Shown here one piece after another: positions 21,403 to 30,112 of a DNA stretch of 64,000 nucleotides. Positions within the stretch are counted from its first letter, which is position 1; each line of letters begins with the position of its first letter. Below the pieces are notes generated by a model that was given only the letters and a program-made list of their open reading frames with translations, had not been told where the DNA came from and did not search any database. The translations under genes were made by a program, and so were the position numbers. Where the stretch lies: assembly GCA_046291875.1 (NCBI GenBank), contig JBKBSF010000003.1:13025-77024 (forward strand). Reading direction: 5' to 3'. The DNA comes from Bacteroidales bacterium. Lineage in GTDB: Bacteria; Bacteroidota; Bacteroidia; Bacteroidales; UBA7960.

Positions 21403-21592
21403 GGCCACAACGTGGTATAGCCAACAATAGCGGGGCTTGGTGGTAGTTGTATCCCGCAGCTGCGGGACTGCTCCGCGTGGGCTTTTACAGTCCCGCGCTT
21501 GCTGGAAAGCCCGCAATGCCCTCGTGGAGCGAAGCGGAATAAATCCGTCACGTTAGGGATAACGAGATGGCCATACCATGAACGCCGGCACC
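21403..21592 (+). repeat. attC-like inverted-repeat element 1
   Basis: Opens with GGCCACAAC; outer arms TGGTATAGCCA...TGGCCATACCA; 74-bp core 21466-21539 matches 23128-23201 at 70/74. Confidence 0.8.
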
Positions 21593-21616
21593 AATGCATA
21601 CAGAACCGACAACACT

Positions 21617-23035
21617 ATGAAACCAAAGGAAAGCTTGTTAAATAAAAATAAGGAAACATTGTCAATTCCGAGAACGAAATTTTTTATCGGTATTGCCTCA
21701 GGACTTCTTTTTTCTTTCTGGCTATATGCTTTCCTCTACATGTCCAGAGAAGTATTTAGGTTCTTTTCACAAACTGAATATTATGATTTACTAATCCTAA
21801 GTAACCGGGAAATTTTCTTTTACAACCTGTTTTTCGCATTTATCGCAGTAATATTCGGACAATCTATTTGTTTTAACTATTGGTTTGAAAAACCAAGAAC
21901 CCTATTTCATCGCAGCACCTGGAGAAGATTTTCCATAGTTAATGACAACAGGGTATTAAACTGGAATTTTCTCAGTTGGTTTTCTAAATTAGCAGTGGTC
22001 TATGGATTTTTTTTCTGCCTGACATGGAATGGTGGGTTCATCGATTTTATACTATTTCCCGACTATTCCTATATATTTGCTTTAGTTGTTGTGGTGCTAT
22101 ACCTTCAGGTTTGGAACACTTTCCGAATTACATTTAAAAAGGAAAGTAAAAAGTGGTTTCTGATTTCGTTACTGGTAGTTTCAGGTTTATCCTTCACCTT
22201 TTCACAGATAAATTTCATAGACCATAAAGCTTTGAATGATAAATTCTTAAGTAAAAATATCTTTGCAAAATACAATTTGGAATTACCAACTTCTGATTAT
22301 TACAGGTATGGTACAGAACGATTTTCGTTGATAGAAAAATTATTTGTTGTTCTGATCGGGGAAAATGATAAAAACTCTGAGCCTCAGATTATTTATGAGA
22401 ACCAAAAAATTGCGATTAATGAAATCGATAGTATTGTAAAATTCTGGAGATTAATAAGATCGCCTGCTGAAGCCGATCTTATTGATGTTCGACTTTACAT
22501 TGATAAGGATGTTCCAATGTATTTTGTAAATAATTTGAAGGAAGAGCTATCAAAAAACAATAGCAGACGAGTTTCATTTGTCGTATATCCCGCAGATTTG
22601 AAGATTGAAAAGCTTTACGAGTACTATTATTCTGTGCCTTTTATATTACCCCCCCATGGAGAAGACAGACGTGTAATTGCCAAAAGTTTTATAGAGACAA
22701 CAAACATTGACAATATTATCAACCTGGATATCCGAAACACGGGTGAATTCTCCCTGAATGGACTGGTCATAACCGAAAATGACCTTGCAAAACATATTGA
22801 AGAAATATTAAGAGCTGAGATGAAGAGCATGTTTCTTTTCAGCTATTCAGGTTCAGTATCTTATTCAAACTTTATCTTTGCGTTAAGTCACATAAGAAGA
22901 ATATCATATGAAATCAGAAATGAACTGGCTCTAAAAGAACATGGAATAACGTTTGATGAATTGCGCCTTTCAGAAGAATATGATGGTTTCGTTAATAAAT
23001 ACCCAGTACTATTTTTTAATTTCATATATGACTAA
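21617..23035 (+). CDS. Hypothetical membrane protein, C-terminal part weakly ExbD-like (cassette 2 cargo)
   Basis: About 5 N-terminal TM helices; VRLYIDKDVPMYFVNNLKEELSK resembles the ExbD periplasmic domain; very AT-rich. Confidence 0.7.
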   Translation: MKPKESLLNKNKETLSIPRTKFFIGIASGLLFSFWLYAFLYMSREVFRFFSQTEYYDLLILSNREIFFYNLFFAFIAVIFGQSICFNYWFEKPRTLFHRSTWRRFSIVNDNRVLNWNFLSWFSKLAVVYGFFFCLTWNGGFIDFILFPDYSYIFALVVVVLYLQVWNTFRITFKKESKKWFLISLLVVSGLSFTFSQINFIDHKALNDKFLSKNIFAKYNLELPTSDYYRYGTERFSLIEKLFVVLIGENDKNSEPQIIYENQKIAINEIDSIVKFWRLIRSPAEADLIDVRLYIDKDVPMYFVNNLKEELSKNNSRRVSFVVYPADLKIEKLYEYYYSVPFILPPHGEDRRVIAKSFIETTNIDNIINLDIRNTGEFSLNGLVITENDLAKHIEEILRAEMKSMFLFSYSGSVSYSNFIFALSHIRRISYEIRNELALKEHGITFDELRLSEEYDGFVNKYPVLFFNFIYD

Positions 23036-23061
23036 CTGATGAATAATTGCAAAAACACACT

Positions 23062-23254
23062 GGTTCCAACATGGTACAGCCAATCTCGTCAGAAAAAAAG
23101 AAACAGGGCTTGGCGGCAATCTGACGAGACTGCTCCGCGTGGGCTTTTACAGTCCCGCGCTTTCTGGAAAGCCCGCAACGCCCTCATGGAGCGTAGCGGA
23201 ACAGAATCGCCTTAACGCTGATAAAGTGATAGTTACATGTGCAACATTAGGCAC
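23062..23254 (+). repeat. attC-like inverted-repeat element 2
   Basis: Opens with GGTTCCAACATGGTACAGCCA; TCTCGTCAGA...TCTGACGAGA stem; shares the 74-bp core with element 1; ends near ATTAGGCAC. Confidence 0.78.
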
Positions 23255-23265
23255 ACTAATAAAAA

Positions 23266-24039
23266 ATGAAGCAGAAAATACTTTTATACACAATCACACT
23301 GGGATTAATCCTGACACTTTACATGTTACGGATTTTCTTCATCGTCGACTTTAGATTTAAAAAAGAAGAATTGCTGATTAAATGGAACTATTACAAAAAC
23401 GCGGAAGTATTTCGAAATGCAGAAGCCTTTCTGTTTGACTTACCAGAACTGGAAATATATTTCATGAACAAAACAGATCTGGAAATCACCCTATCACAAA
23501 GAGATGACAAATTCAATGATTGCTCTCACACTTTGCTTGATAAAGTATTCACCCTCTTTATAAGCGACACTTCAGCACATTACCGTTACCGGAATACCAA
23601 TGACGATATCCTGAATTTCTGGTTGGAAGAGAAGAAGATAGTGGTCCAGAACGCAGATAGTACATTTGTAATTCCAGGCAATTTTACCATAAACTATAAG
23701 GGAAACCTCACTTCTGATAACTCGCTGAAAGCAAAAGAAATATTCTGTATTGATATTGAGACCATCAACCTGATGAGAAACGAATTCAGAAAACTAAATT
23801 GCTTTGGCTATGAACGCGATTACATGGACAATGTAATCTTATTTTACCGGACTGTTTCCAGCAACCTACTCTTAGATGTTTTTTCGTATGTAATGCTTTT
23901 ACCAGAAAACAAGAGAGAAGACATAGACTACTTCATATCAAAAAACGGCAAAATCAACGATACCTTATACTGGTTTCATGACGAACACCTGCACGTTAAC
24001 TATTTGAACTACATGAAATTAAACAACAGAACAATTTAA
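23266..24039 (+). CDS. Hypothetical protein with N-terminal membrane anchor (cassette 3 cargo)
   Basis: 257-aa AT-rich ORF starting just after element 2. Confidence 0.7.
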   Translation: MKQKILLYTITLGLILTLYMLRIFFIVDFRFKKEELLIKWNYYKNAEVFRNAEAFLFDLPELEIYFMNKTDLEITLSQRDDKFNDCSHTLLDKVFTLFISDTSAHYRYRNTNDDILNFWLEEKKIVVQNADSTFVIPGNFTINYKGNLTSDNSLKAKEIFCIDIETINLMRNEFRKLNCFGYERDYMDNVILFYRTVSSNLLLDVFSYVMLLPENKREDIDYFISKNGKINDTLYWFHDEHLHVNYLNYMKLNNRTI

Positions 24040-24365
24040 ATACGGTTGCAGGCGAGACATTCCTCACACCCCATTTCCTATACACCTCCTTCCACAAAAG
24101 CTTGACACACCTTCACAGGCAGCCTGCACAATACCAGGGGCACCCTCTTCGAAAACATTTAAATATTCAACAAACTTTTCTATATTTACAAGCCATTTAC
24201 TCACCTGGGAAAGCCCCTTAAAATTGACAACCTAAGGCTGTCCCTTCGAAATAATATGCTGATATACGGGAACGATTGTAAGCCTGTCAAGAAGAAAAGG
24301 CAAGGGGTAAAGAAAACACCCCCCGACCGAAATACATAACCCTCTCTACACTTTCTAATAGTTAC

Positions 24366-24393
24366 AAAAGGCCCGCTTGGGCCTTTTCTTTTT
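24366..24393. terminator. Intrinsic terminator
   Basis: AAAAGGCCC-GCTT-GGGCCTTTT followed by CTTTTT. Confidence 0.75.
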
Positions 24394-24417
24394 GCCGACA
24401 CTCGTTGTCGCCTCTCT

Positions 24418-24545
24418 TGCATAGATTTGCAGGCAAACAGGGTCATTCATGAAATATATTGATTTTAAATTGCGATAGATGGAGATTCAGGTATTAAGAA
24501 TAGGAAAATGTGGGTTATATTTGATGATATAAATTAGTTGCCAAC
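24418..24545 (+). promoter_or_regulatory. Leader 2: promoter-bearing attI-like site ending in core GTTGCCAAC
   Basis: Direct repeat of 20778-20900 at a constant offset of 3640; TATATTTG at 24516-24523. Confidence 0.7.
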
Positions 24546-24624
24546 AAGGCTAACCGACCGCTTGGTGCAAAATTTTAATTGGAAACTAATTCGTATTTTA
24601 GCCTGATAAATACGAAATACTATC

Positions 24625-25632
24625 ATGAATTTACCCCAAGACAAAAACAAGTACCTGAAATTAGTTCAGTCGATTGGTAATACAATTGAAGGAGCGAGAA
24701 ATCGTGCAATTAAAGCTGTAAACACCGAACTACTCAGAGCCAATTGGGAAATCGGCAAATATATTGTTGAGTTTGAGCAATACGGAAATGAAAAAGCAGA
24801 ATATGGAAGTGCATTGCTTGACACTTTGGCAAAAGACCTAAAACAAAGATTTGGCAAGGGATTTAGTAAAAGTAACGTTTATTTGATGAGACAGTTTTAC
24901 CTTAAATTTCCAATTTTCCAGACACTGTCTGGAAAATTGTCGTGGTCTCATTATGCTGAATTATTGGGTGTTTCAGACGATACTGCCAGAGAATTTTATT
25001 TAAAACAATGTGACAAAGAGAACTGGACTGTAAGGGAACTGAAAAGGCAGATAAATTCTTCGCTTTTTGAAAGATTAGCGCTGAGTAAAGATAAAAAAGA
25101 AATACTTGAACTTGCCCGAGACGGTTTAACTGTCTCTCAACCTAAAGATATTGTCAAAGACCCGTATATTATTGAATTTTTGAAAATATCTGAAGAGCTT
25201 CGAATGACTGAAAGTAGCCTTGAGCAAAAGATAATTGATAACCTTCAGGTTTTTCTTCTTGAACTGGGTAAAGGCTTTTCTTTTGTGGGCAGACAATACA
25301 GAATAACGTTGGACAATGACCACTTCTATGTTGACTTGGTATTTTATCACCGAATATTAAGGTGCTTCGTGCTTATTGACCTTAAAACCAGACATGTAAA
25401 ACATTATGATATTGGTCAAATGAACCTCTATCTAAACTATTTTAAAAACGAAGAAAACACCGAAGGAGATAACCCGCCGATAGGAATAGTTTTAGGAGCA
25501 GATAAAAATGACATTCTTGTGGAATATGCAATAGGTGGAATTTCGAATAATATTTTTGTTTCTAAGTATCAGCTTTATTTGCCTGACAAAAAGGAACTTG
25601 AAGAAAAAGTAAAAGAATTAATAAACGAGTAA
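24625..25632 (+). CDS. YhcG/DUF1016-family PD-(D/E)XK nuclease (cassette 4 cargo)
   Basis: WEIG, LSWSHY, KDPYI.EFL, LLELGKGFSFVGRQ, VDLVFYH..L..FVLIDLK and GQMNLYL motifs. Confidence 0.93.
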   Translation: MNLPQDKNKYLKLVQSIGNTIEGARNRAIKAVNTELLRANWEIGKYIVEFEQYGNEKAEYGSALLDTLAKDLKQRFGKGFSKSNVYLMRQFYLKFPIFQTLSGKLSWSHYAELLGVSDDTAREFYLKQCDKENWTVRELKRQINSSLFERLALSKDKKEILELARDGLTVSQPKDIVKDPYIIEFLKISEELRMTESSLEQKIIDNLQVFLLELGKGFSFVGRQYRITLDNDHFYVDLVFYHRILRCFVLIDLKTRHVKHYDIGQMNLYLNYFKNEENTEGDNPPIGIVLGADKNDILVEYAIGGISNNIFVSKYQLYLPDKKELEEKVKELINE

Positions 25633-25642
25633 ACTAAGCCCA

Positions 25643-25792
25643 GTTGGCAACATGGTATAGCCAATCTCGTCAGAAATGACGAGACGGGTCTTGGTGGTAG
25701 TTTTATCTCCCCTCTGGCCTGACTACTTAGCGTGGCCTTTTGTAGCAGTGGGTAGCAACGAAGCCCCCAAATCCATTACTGTGGCCATACCA
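25643..25792 (+). repeat. attC-like inverted-repeat element 3
   Basis: Opens with GTTGGCAACATGGTATAGCCA and closes with TGGCCATACCA; shares ATCTCGTCAGAAA with element 2 and CTTGGTGGTAGTT with element 1. Confidence 0.78.
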
Positions 25793-25830
25793 ATAATGAA
25801 CAGATAAAATCAACTTCAATCCCCCACCCC

Positions 25831-25989
25831 ATGCCCCCAAAAAAACCAAAAAAACTAAAATACCGGATCGAATACTCCAACGGAGATGTAGAGATTATGG
25901 AATGCGACACCTTCCGGGAAGCCCTGGATAAGTTTTCCAAAAAGGCTATGGAGCTGAAGCTGTCGGTAAGTTATGAGTTGGTGAGTTGA
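25831..25989 (+). CDS. Possible 52-aa small protein
   Basis: MPPKKPKKLKYRIEYSNGDVEIMECDTFREALDKFSKKAMELKLSVSYELVS*; below the ORF-track cutoff; no recognised motif. Confidence 0.4.
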   Translation: MPPKKPKKLKYRIEYSNGDVEIMECDTFREALDKFSKKAMELKLSVSYELVS

Positions 25990-26213
25990 AAACCGGGGGC
26001 TTAAACCGGCTTGAGGAACATTTAACTCTTTTATCTGGACAAGGGGCTGCTTTGCACCACTGTTTATCACCATATCCCAACAATCAAACTAATCTGCAAA
26101 GGATGGTACAATCATACATTTTATCCCTATTTTTGCTAATAACCGTTATACTCTTAAAACTGACATCGTAAAGTGAACCCGATCCCTTGAAACAGCAATA
26201 AACCCCGGCAGAC

Positions 26214-28595
26214 ATGAACAAAAAATCCCTTTCCGAAAGAGACATCTGTTCCAAGTATATCAACCCGGCCCTCGCAAATGCAGGCTGGGATAGTCGCAGA
26301 CAGGTACGCGAAGAGGTATTCTTTACCGATGGGCGCATTATTGTGCAGGGAAGTTTATATACACGGGGCAAAAGGAAACGGGCCGACTATATCTTGTATT
26401 ACAAACCGGGCGTACCCATTGCGGTGATTGAGGCCAAGGGCAACAAGCATCATATGGGTGATGGCATGCAACAGGCACTGGAATATGCGGAAATACTGCA
26501 AATCCCTTTTGTGTTTACTTCCAATGGCGATGGTTTTGTGTTTCACGACCGGACGATAACAGCCGGGCAAAAGGAAACAGAACTTTCTTTGGATAACTTC
26601 CCATCACCCGACGAATTGTGGAACAAATACCTTGATACACAGGAAATCAAAACCTCTGATGCCAGGCAATTGCTTGAGCAGGAATACTTTGTGGATGAAA
26701 GCGAAAAAAGGCCGCGTTACTATCAGCAGAATGCCATCAACCGCACCATTGAAGCCGTTGCCCGCGGACAAAACCGCATACTGCTGGTGATGGCCACCGG
26801 AACCGGAAAAACCTATACCGCATTTCATATCATCTGGCGATTGTGGAAAACAGGAACCCACAAACGCATTTTGTTCCTGGCCGACCGCAACGCCTTGCTC
26901 ACTCAAACCAAAAACGGCGATTTTTCTCCCTTCGGCAACGACATCATGCACATTATCCGCCACCGGAAGATTGACAAATCTTACCAGATTTATTTTGCCC
27001 TTTACCAGGGTCTCACGGGGGTGGATGAGATAAAGAATGTGTACCGGGAATTTAGTCCTGATTTTTTCGACCTGGTGGTCATTGATGAGTGCCACAGGGG
27101 CAGTGCCGCTGAAGCATCTGCCTGGCGCGAGGTGCTGGAGTATTTTCAAAGTGCCACGCAGGTGGGCCTCACGGCCACTCCCAAAGAGACCAAAGACATC
27201 TCCAATATCGCTTATTTTGGCGAACCTGTTTATACCTACAGTCTGAAACAAGGTATTGACGACGGCTTTCTGGCTCCATACAAGGTGGTGCGCATCACCA
27301 CCAATGTGGACGAGGGCTGGCGACCCACCAAAGGGCTCAGGGACAAATACGGGCATGAGGTGGAAGACCGCATCTACAATCTGAAAGACTACGATCGTAC
27401 ACTTGCCATTGATGAACGCACCCAGGTGGTGGCACAGAAGATCACTGAGTTTCTCAATGCTACCGACCGCTATGCAAAGACCATAGTTTTTTGTACAGAT
27501 ATTGACCATGCCAACCGCATGCGACAGGCACTGATCAACGAAAATGCCGATATGGTTGCCAAACACTGGAATTATGTAGTAAAGATTACCGGCGACGATG
27601 AGGTGGGCAAACAGGAGCTGGACAATTTTACCGATGTGGAAGAACGCATGCCCGTAATTGCCACTACTTCCAAAATGCTCACCACCGGCATCGACACCAA
27701 AATGGTAAAACTCATTGTGCTGGAGTCCAACATCGGCTCCATGACCGAGTTCAAACAGATCATCGGGCGGGGCACCCGAATCAGGGAAGCCGATGGCAAG
27801 GTTTTTTTTACCATCATGGATTTCCGCAAAGCCACCAACCTGTTTGCTGACCCCGACTTCGATGGCGACCCTGTGCAGATTTACGAACCCGGCAATGATG
27901 AACCGGTGGTACCACCCGATGTGGAACCCCAGGAAGAAGAACCCGGTGATACTACAGGCGATACTTTTATTCCCGATGAACCCCATACCCCTTTGCCACC
28001 CGATATCTCCATTGACGAAACAGAAACAAGAATAAGAAAATTCTATGTTAACAATGTGGAAGTGAAAGTGGTGAATGAACGGGTACAGTATTACGGCAAG
28101 GACGGCAAACTTATTACCGAATCCCTTAAACAATACAGTCGCGAAAACCTGCTCAGGGAATACCATACGGCGGAAACCTTTCGGCAGAAGTGGAATACCG
28201 CATCCAAAAAGGAACAACTTCTGCAGGAACTGGCGGAGCAGGGCATCCTGGTGGAAGCTTTGCGCGAAGAGGTGGGGCGCGAGCTGGATGTATTCGACCT
28301 GATTTGCCATGTAGCATTTGATATGCCACCACTTACCCGAAAAGAAAGGGCGGATCAGGTAAAGAAACGCAACTATTTTGCAAAGTACGGCGACCAGGCC
28401 CGCAAAGTACTGGAAGGACTACTGGAAAAATATGTGGAAAGCGGGGTAATGTCCATCGAAAATACTTCGGTGCTCAAGCTCAAACCCTTGTCCGACATGG
28501 GCAGTCCTGTAGAACTGGTTAGGGCCTTCGGTAAGAAAAAGGATTTTGAAAAAGCCATCAAAGAACTTGAACAGGAAATTTACAAAACTGCATAG
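26214..28595 (+). CDS. hsdR: Type I restriction endonuclease subunit R (EcoAI/EcoEI-like)
   Basis: RADY..IEAK nuclease motif, MATGTGKT, DECHRGS, TATP, QIIGRGTR, EcoEI_R_C-like tail. Confidence 0.96.
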   Translation: MNKKSLSERDICSKYINPALANAGWDSRRQVREEVFFTDGRIIVQGSLYTRGKRKRADYILYYKPGVPIAVIEAKGNKHHMGDGMQQALEYAEILQIPFVFTSNGDGFVFHDRTITAGQKETELSLDNFPSPDELWNKYLDTQEIKTSDARQLLEQEYFVDESEKRPRYYQQNAINRTIEAVARGQNRILLVMATGTGKTYTAFHIIWRLWKTGTHKRILFLADRNALLTQTKNGDFSPFGNDIMHIIRHRKIDKSYQIYFALYQGLTGVDEIKNVYREFSPDFFDLVVIDECHRGSAAEASAWREVLEYFQSATQVGLTATPKETKDISNIAYFGEPVYTYSLKQGIDDGFLAPYKVVRITTNVDEGWRPTKGLRDKYGHEVEDRIYNLKDYDRTLAIDERTQVVAQKITEFLNATDRYAKTIVFCTDIDHANRMRQALINENADMVAKHWNYVVKITGDDEVGKQELDNFTDVEERMPVIATTSKMLTTGIDTKMVKLIVLESNIGSMTEFKQIIGRGTRIREADGKVFFTIMDFRKATNLFADPDFDGDPVQIYEPGNDEPVVPPDVEPQEEEPGDTTGDTFIPDEPHTPLPPDISIDETETRIRKFYVNNVEVKVVNERVQYYGKDGKLITESLKQYSRENLLREYHTAETFRQKWNTASKKEQLLQELAEQGILVEALREEVGRELDVFDLICHVAFDMPPLTRKERADQVKKRNYFAKYGDQARKVLEGLLEKYVESGVMSIENTSVLKLKPLSDMGSPVELVRAFGKKKDFEKAIKELEQEIYKTA

Positions 28596-30112
28596 TGGAC
28601 TTAATAAATAAAATAAAACAGCCTGAAGGCAGAAGAATTGAATTCAAAAAAGAGCTACCAGCTGGTGTTGCGGTAGCCAAAACCATTATTGCGTTTGCCA
28701 ATGATGCAGGGGGTGAGTTATTTATTGGAGTACAAAATGAACCTCGCATCATTACCGGTGTGAAAAAAGATAAGCTCGACGAAATCGATAATAAAATCAG
28801 CAATCTGGTGAACGATTTATGTGAGCCGGTTATTCTTCCTGATATCTCCTTTTTAGAAATCGAAGGAAAAATGCTTGTCAGAGTTTTTATTCATAAAGGC
28901 CCCAAACCACCCTATTATTTAAAAAACAGAGGAAAACAGGATGGGACTTTTATCAGAGTGGGTTCTTCCAATCGCCAGGCTTCTGCGGATATTCTTACAG
29001 AACTTGAGAGACAAGGCAAACACCTTTCTTTTGATGGTGAGGTATGTTTTGATGCAGACCTGGAAGATTTGAACTTAGATGCCTTTGCTGCTTTTTTCAA
29101 AGACAGAACCGGGGAACCGATAAATGATCAAATATTGAAAAAGTTAGGCCTGGTGTCTCAACAGCATGGCAGGTTGGTGCCTACCTACGCCTTAATTCTT
29201 TTATCTGAAAGCCCGGTAAGGAAAGCTTTATTTCCCAACGCAAAAATTGAGTGCGCCAGGTTTAAAGGAACTGTGCCGGGGACTTTCATAGATGACAAAA
29301 CGATTGACAGCAATGTGTCACAACATGCAGAGCAAGCTTATCAGTTTGTTATCAGGCACATTTCCAAAGGCACAGTGGATTACCAGGGAGTATATCGCAA
29401 TGAAAGGTGGGAGTACCCACTGGTAGCCATCAGGGAAGTGATACGCAATGCCGTTATTCACAGAGATTATTCCCTTACCGGGAAAGATATAAAGATCGCC
29501 GTTTTTGACGATAAAATAGAAATAACAAGTCCTGGAAAACTAATGCCTACTGTAGATTTTGATCTAATGGATGCCGGGCAGTCGGATATCAGAAATAAAA
29601 TCCTTGCCCCGGTGTTTAAAAAGTTGGGTATAATCGAACAGTGGGGAAATGGCCTGCAGCTCATTGCCAACGATCTTAAAGACTATCCTGAAATAGATTT
29701 CAGATGGTCAGAACCAGGGGTGGCATTTCGGATTTCCTTTATTAAAAAGGATTACAAAGCACAGCAGGAGTCACAGCAGGAGTTACAGCAAGAGTTGCAG
29801 CAAGAGTTACAGCAAGAGTTGCAGCAAGAGTTACAGCAAGAGTTGCAGTACGAGTTGCAGCACGAGTTGCAGCACGAGTCATTGTTCTCAAAGGTCTTAA
29901 TATTAATAATAGACAACCCAAAATCAAGAAAAGAAATTTCAATTGAATTAGGGCAAAAATCAATATCTGGTCAATTAAACGAGATACTTAAAAGACTTCA
30001 AGAGAAGGGTTTAATTGATTGGACTATTAAAGATAAACCCAAAAGCTCAAAACAACAATACCGAATCACCACCAGAGGAATCATGTTTTTAAAACTACTG
30101 AAAAAACAATAA
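28595..30112 (+). CDS. AlbA_2 (Schlafen-like) + HATPase_c_4 + wHTH protein inside the R-M operon
   Basis: EGRRIEFK...AFANDAGG.LFIGV; REVIRNAVIHRDY, SPG, RN..LA, EQWG.G; C-terminal KPKSSKQQYRIT. Confidence 0.88.
   Translation: MDLINKIKQPEGRRIEFKKELPAGVAVAKTIIAFANDAGGELFIGVQNEPRIITGVKKDKLDEIDNKISNLVNDLCEPVILPDISFLEIEGKMLVRVFIHKGPKPPYYLKNRGKQDGTFIRVGSSNRQASADILTELERQGKHLSFDGEVCFDADLEDLNLDAFAAFFKDRTGEPINDQILKKLGLVSQQHGRLVPTYALILLSESPVRKALFPNAKIECARFKGTVPGTFIDDKTIDSNVSQHAEQAYQFVIRHISKGTVDYQGVYRNERWEYPLVAIREVIRNAVIHRDYSLTGKDIKIAVFDDKIEITSPGKLMPTVDFDLMDAGQSDIRNKILAPVFKKLGIIEQWGNGLQLIANDLKDYPEIDFRWSEPGVAFRISFIKKDYKAQQESQQELQQELQQELQQELQQELQQELQYELQHELQHESLFSKVLILIIDNPKSRKEISIELGQKSISGQLNEILKRLQEKGLIDWTIKDKPKSSKQQYRITTRGIMFLKLLKKQ
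29762..29881 (+). repeat. 10 x 12-bp in-frame tandem repeat encoding QQEL-like units
   Basis: Consensus CAGCAAGAGTTR, 10 units counted. Confidence 0.95.

Noticed and set aside
21428-21435. att copy of the tRNA 3' end (TAGCGGGG)
   Set aside because: Only 8 bp and inside element 1; consistent with chance.
21403-25792. CRISPR or IS interpretation of the island repeats
   Set aside because: The repeats are separated by whole genes; no transposase or target-site duplication is visible.
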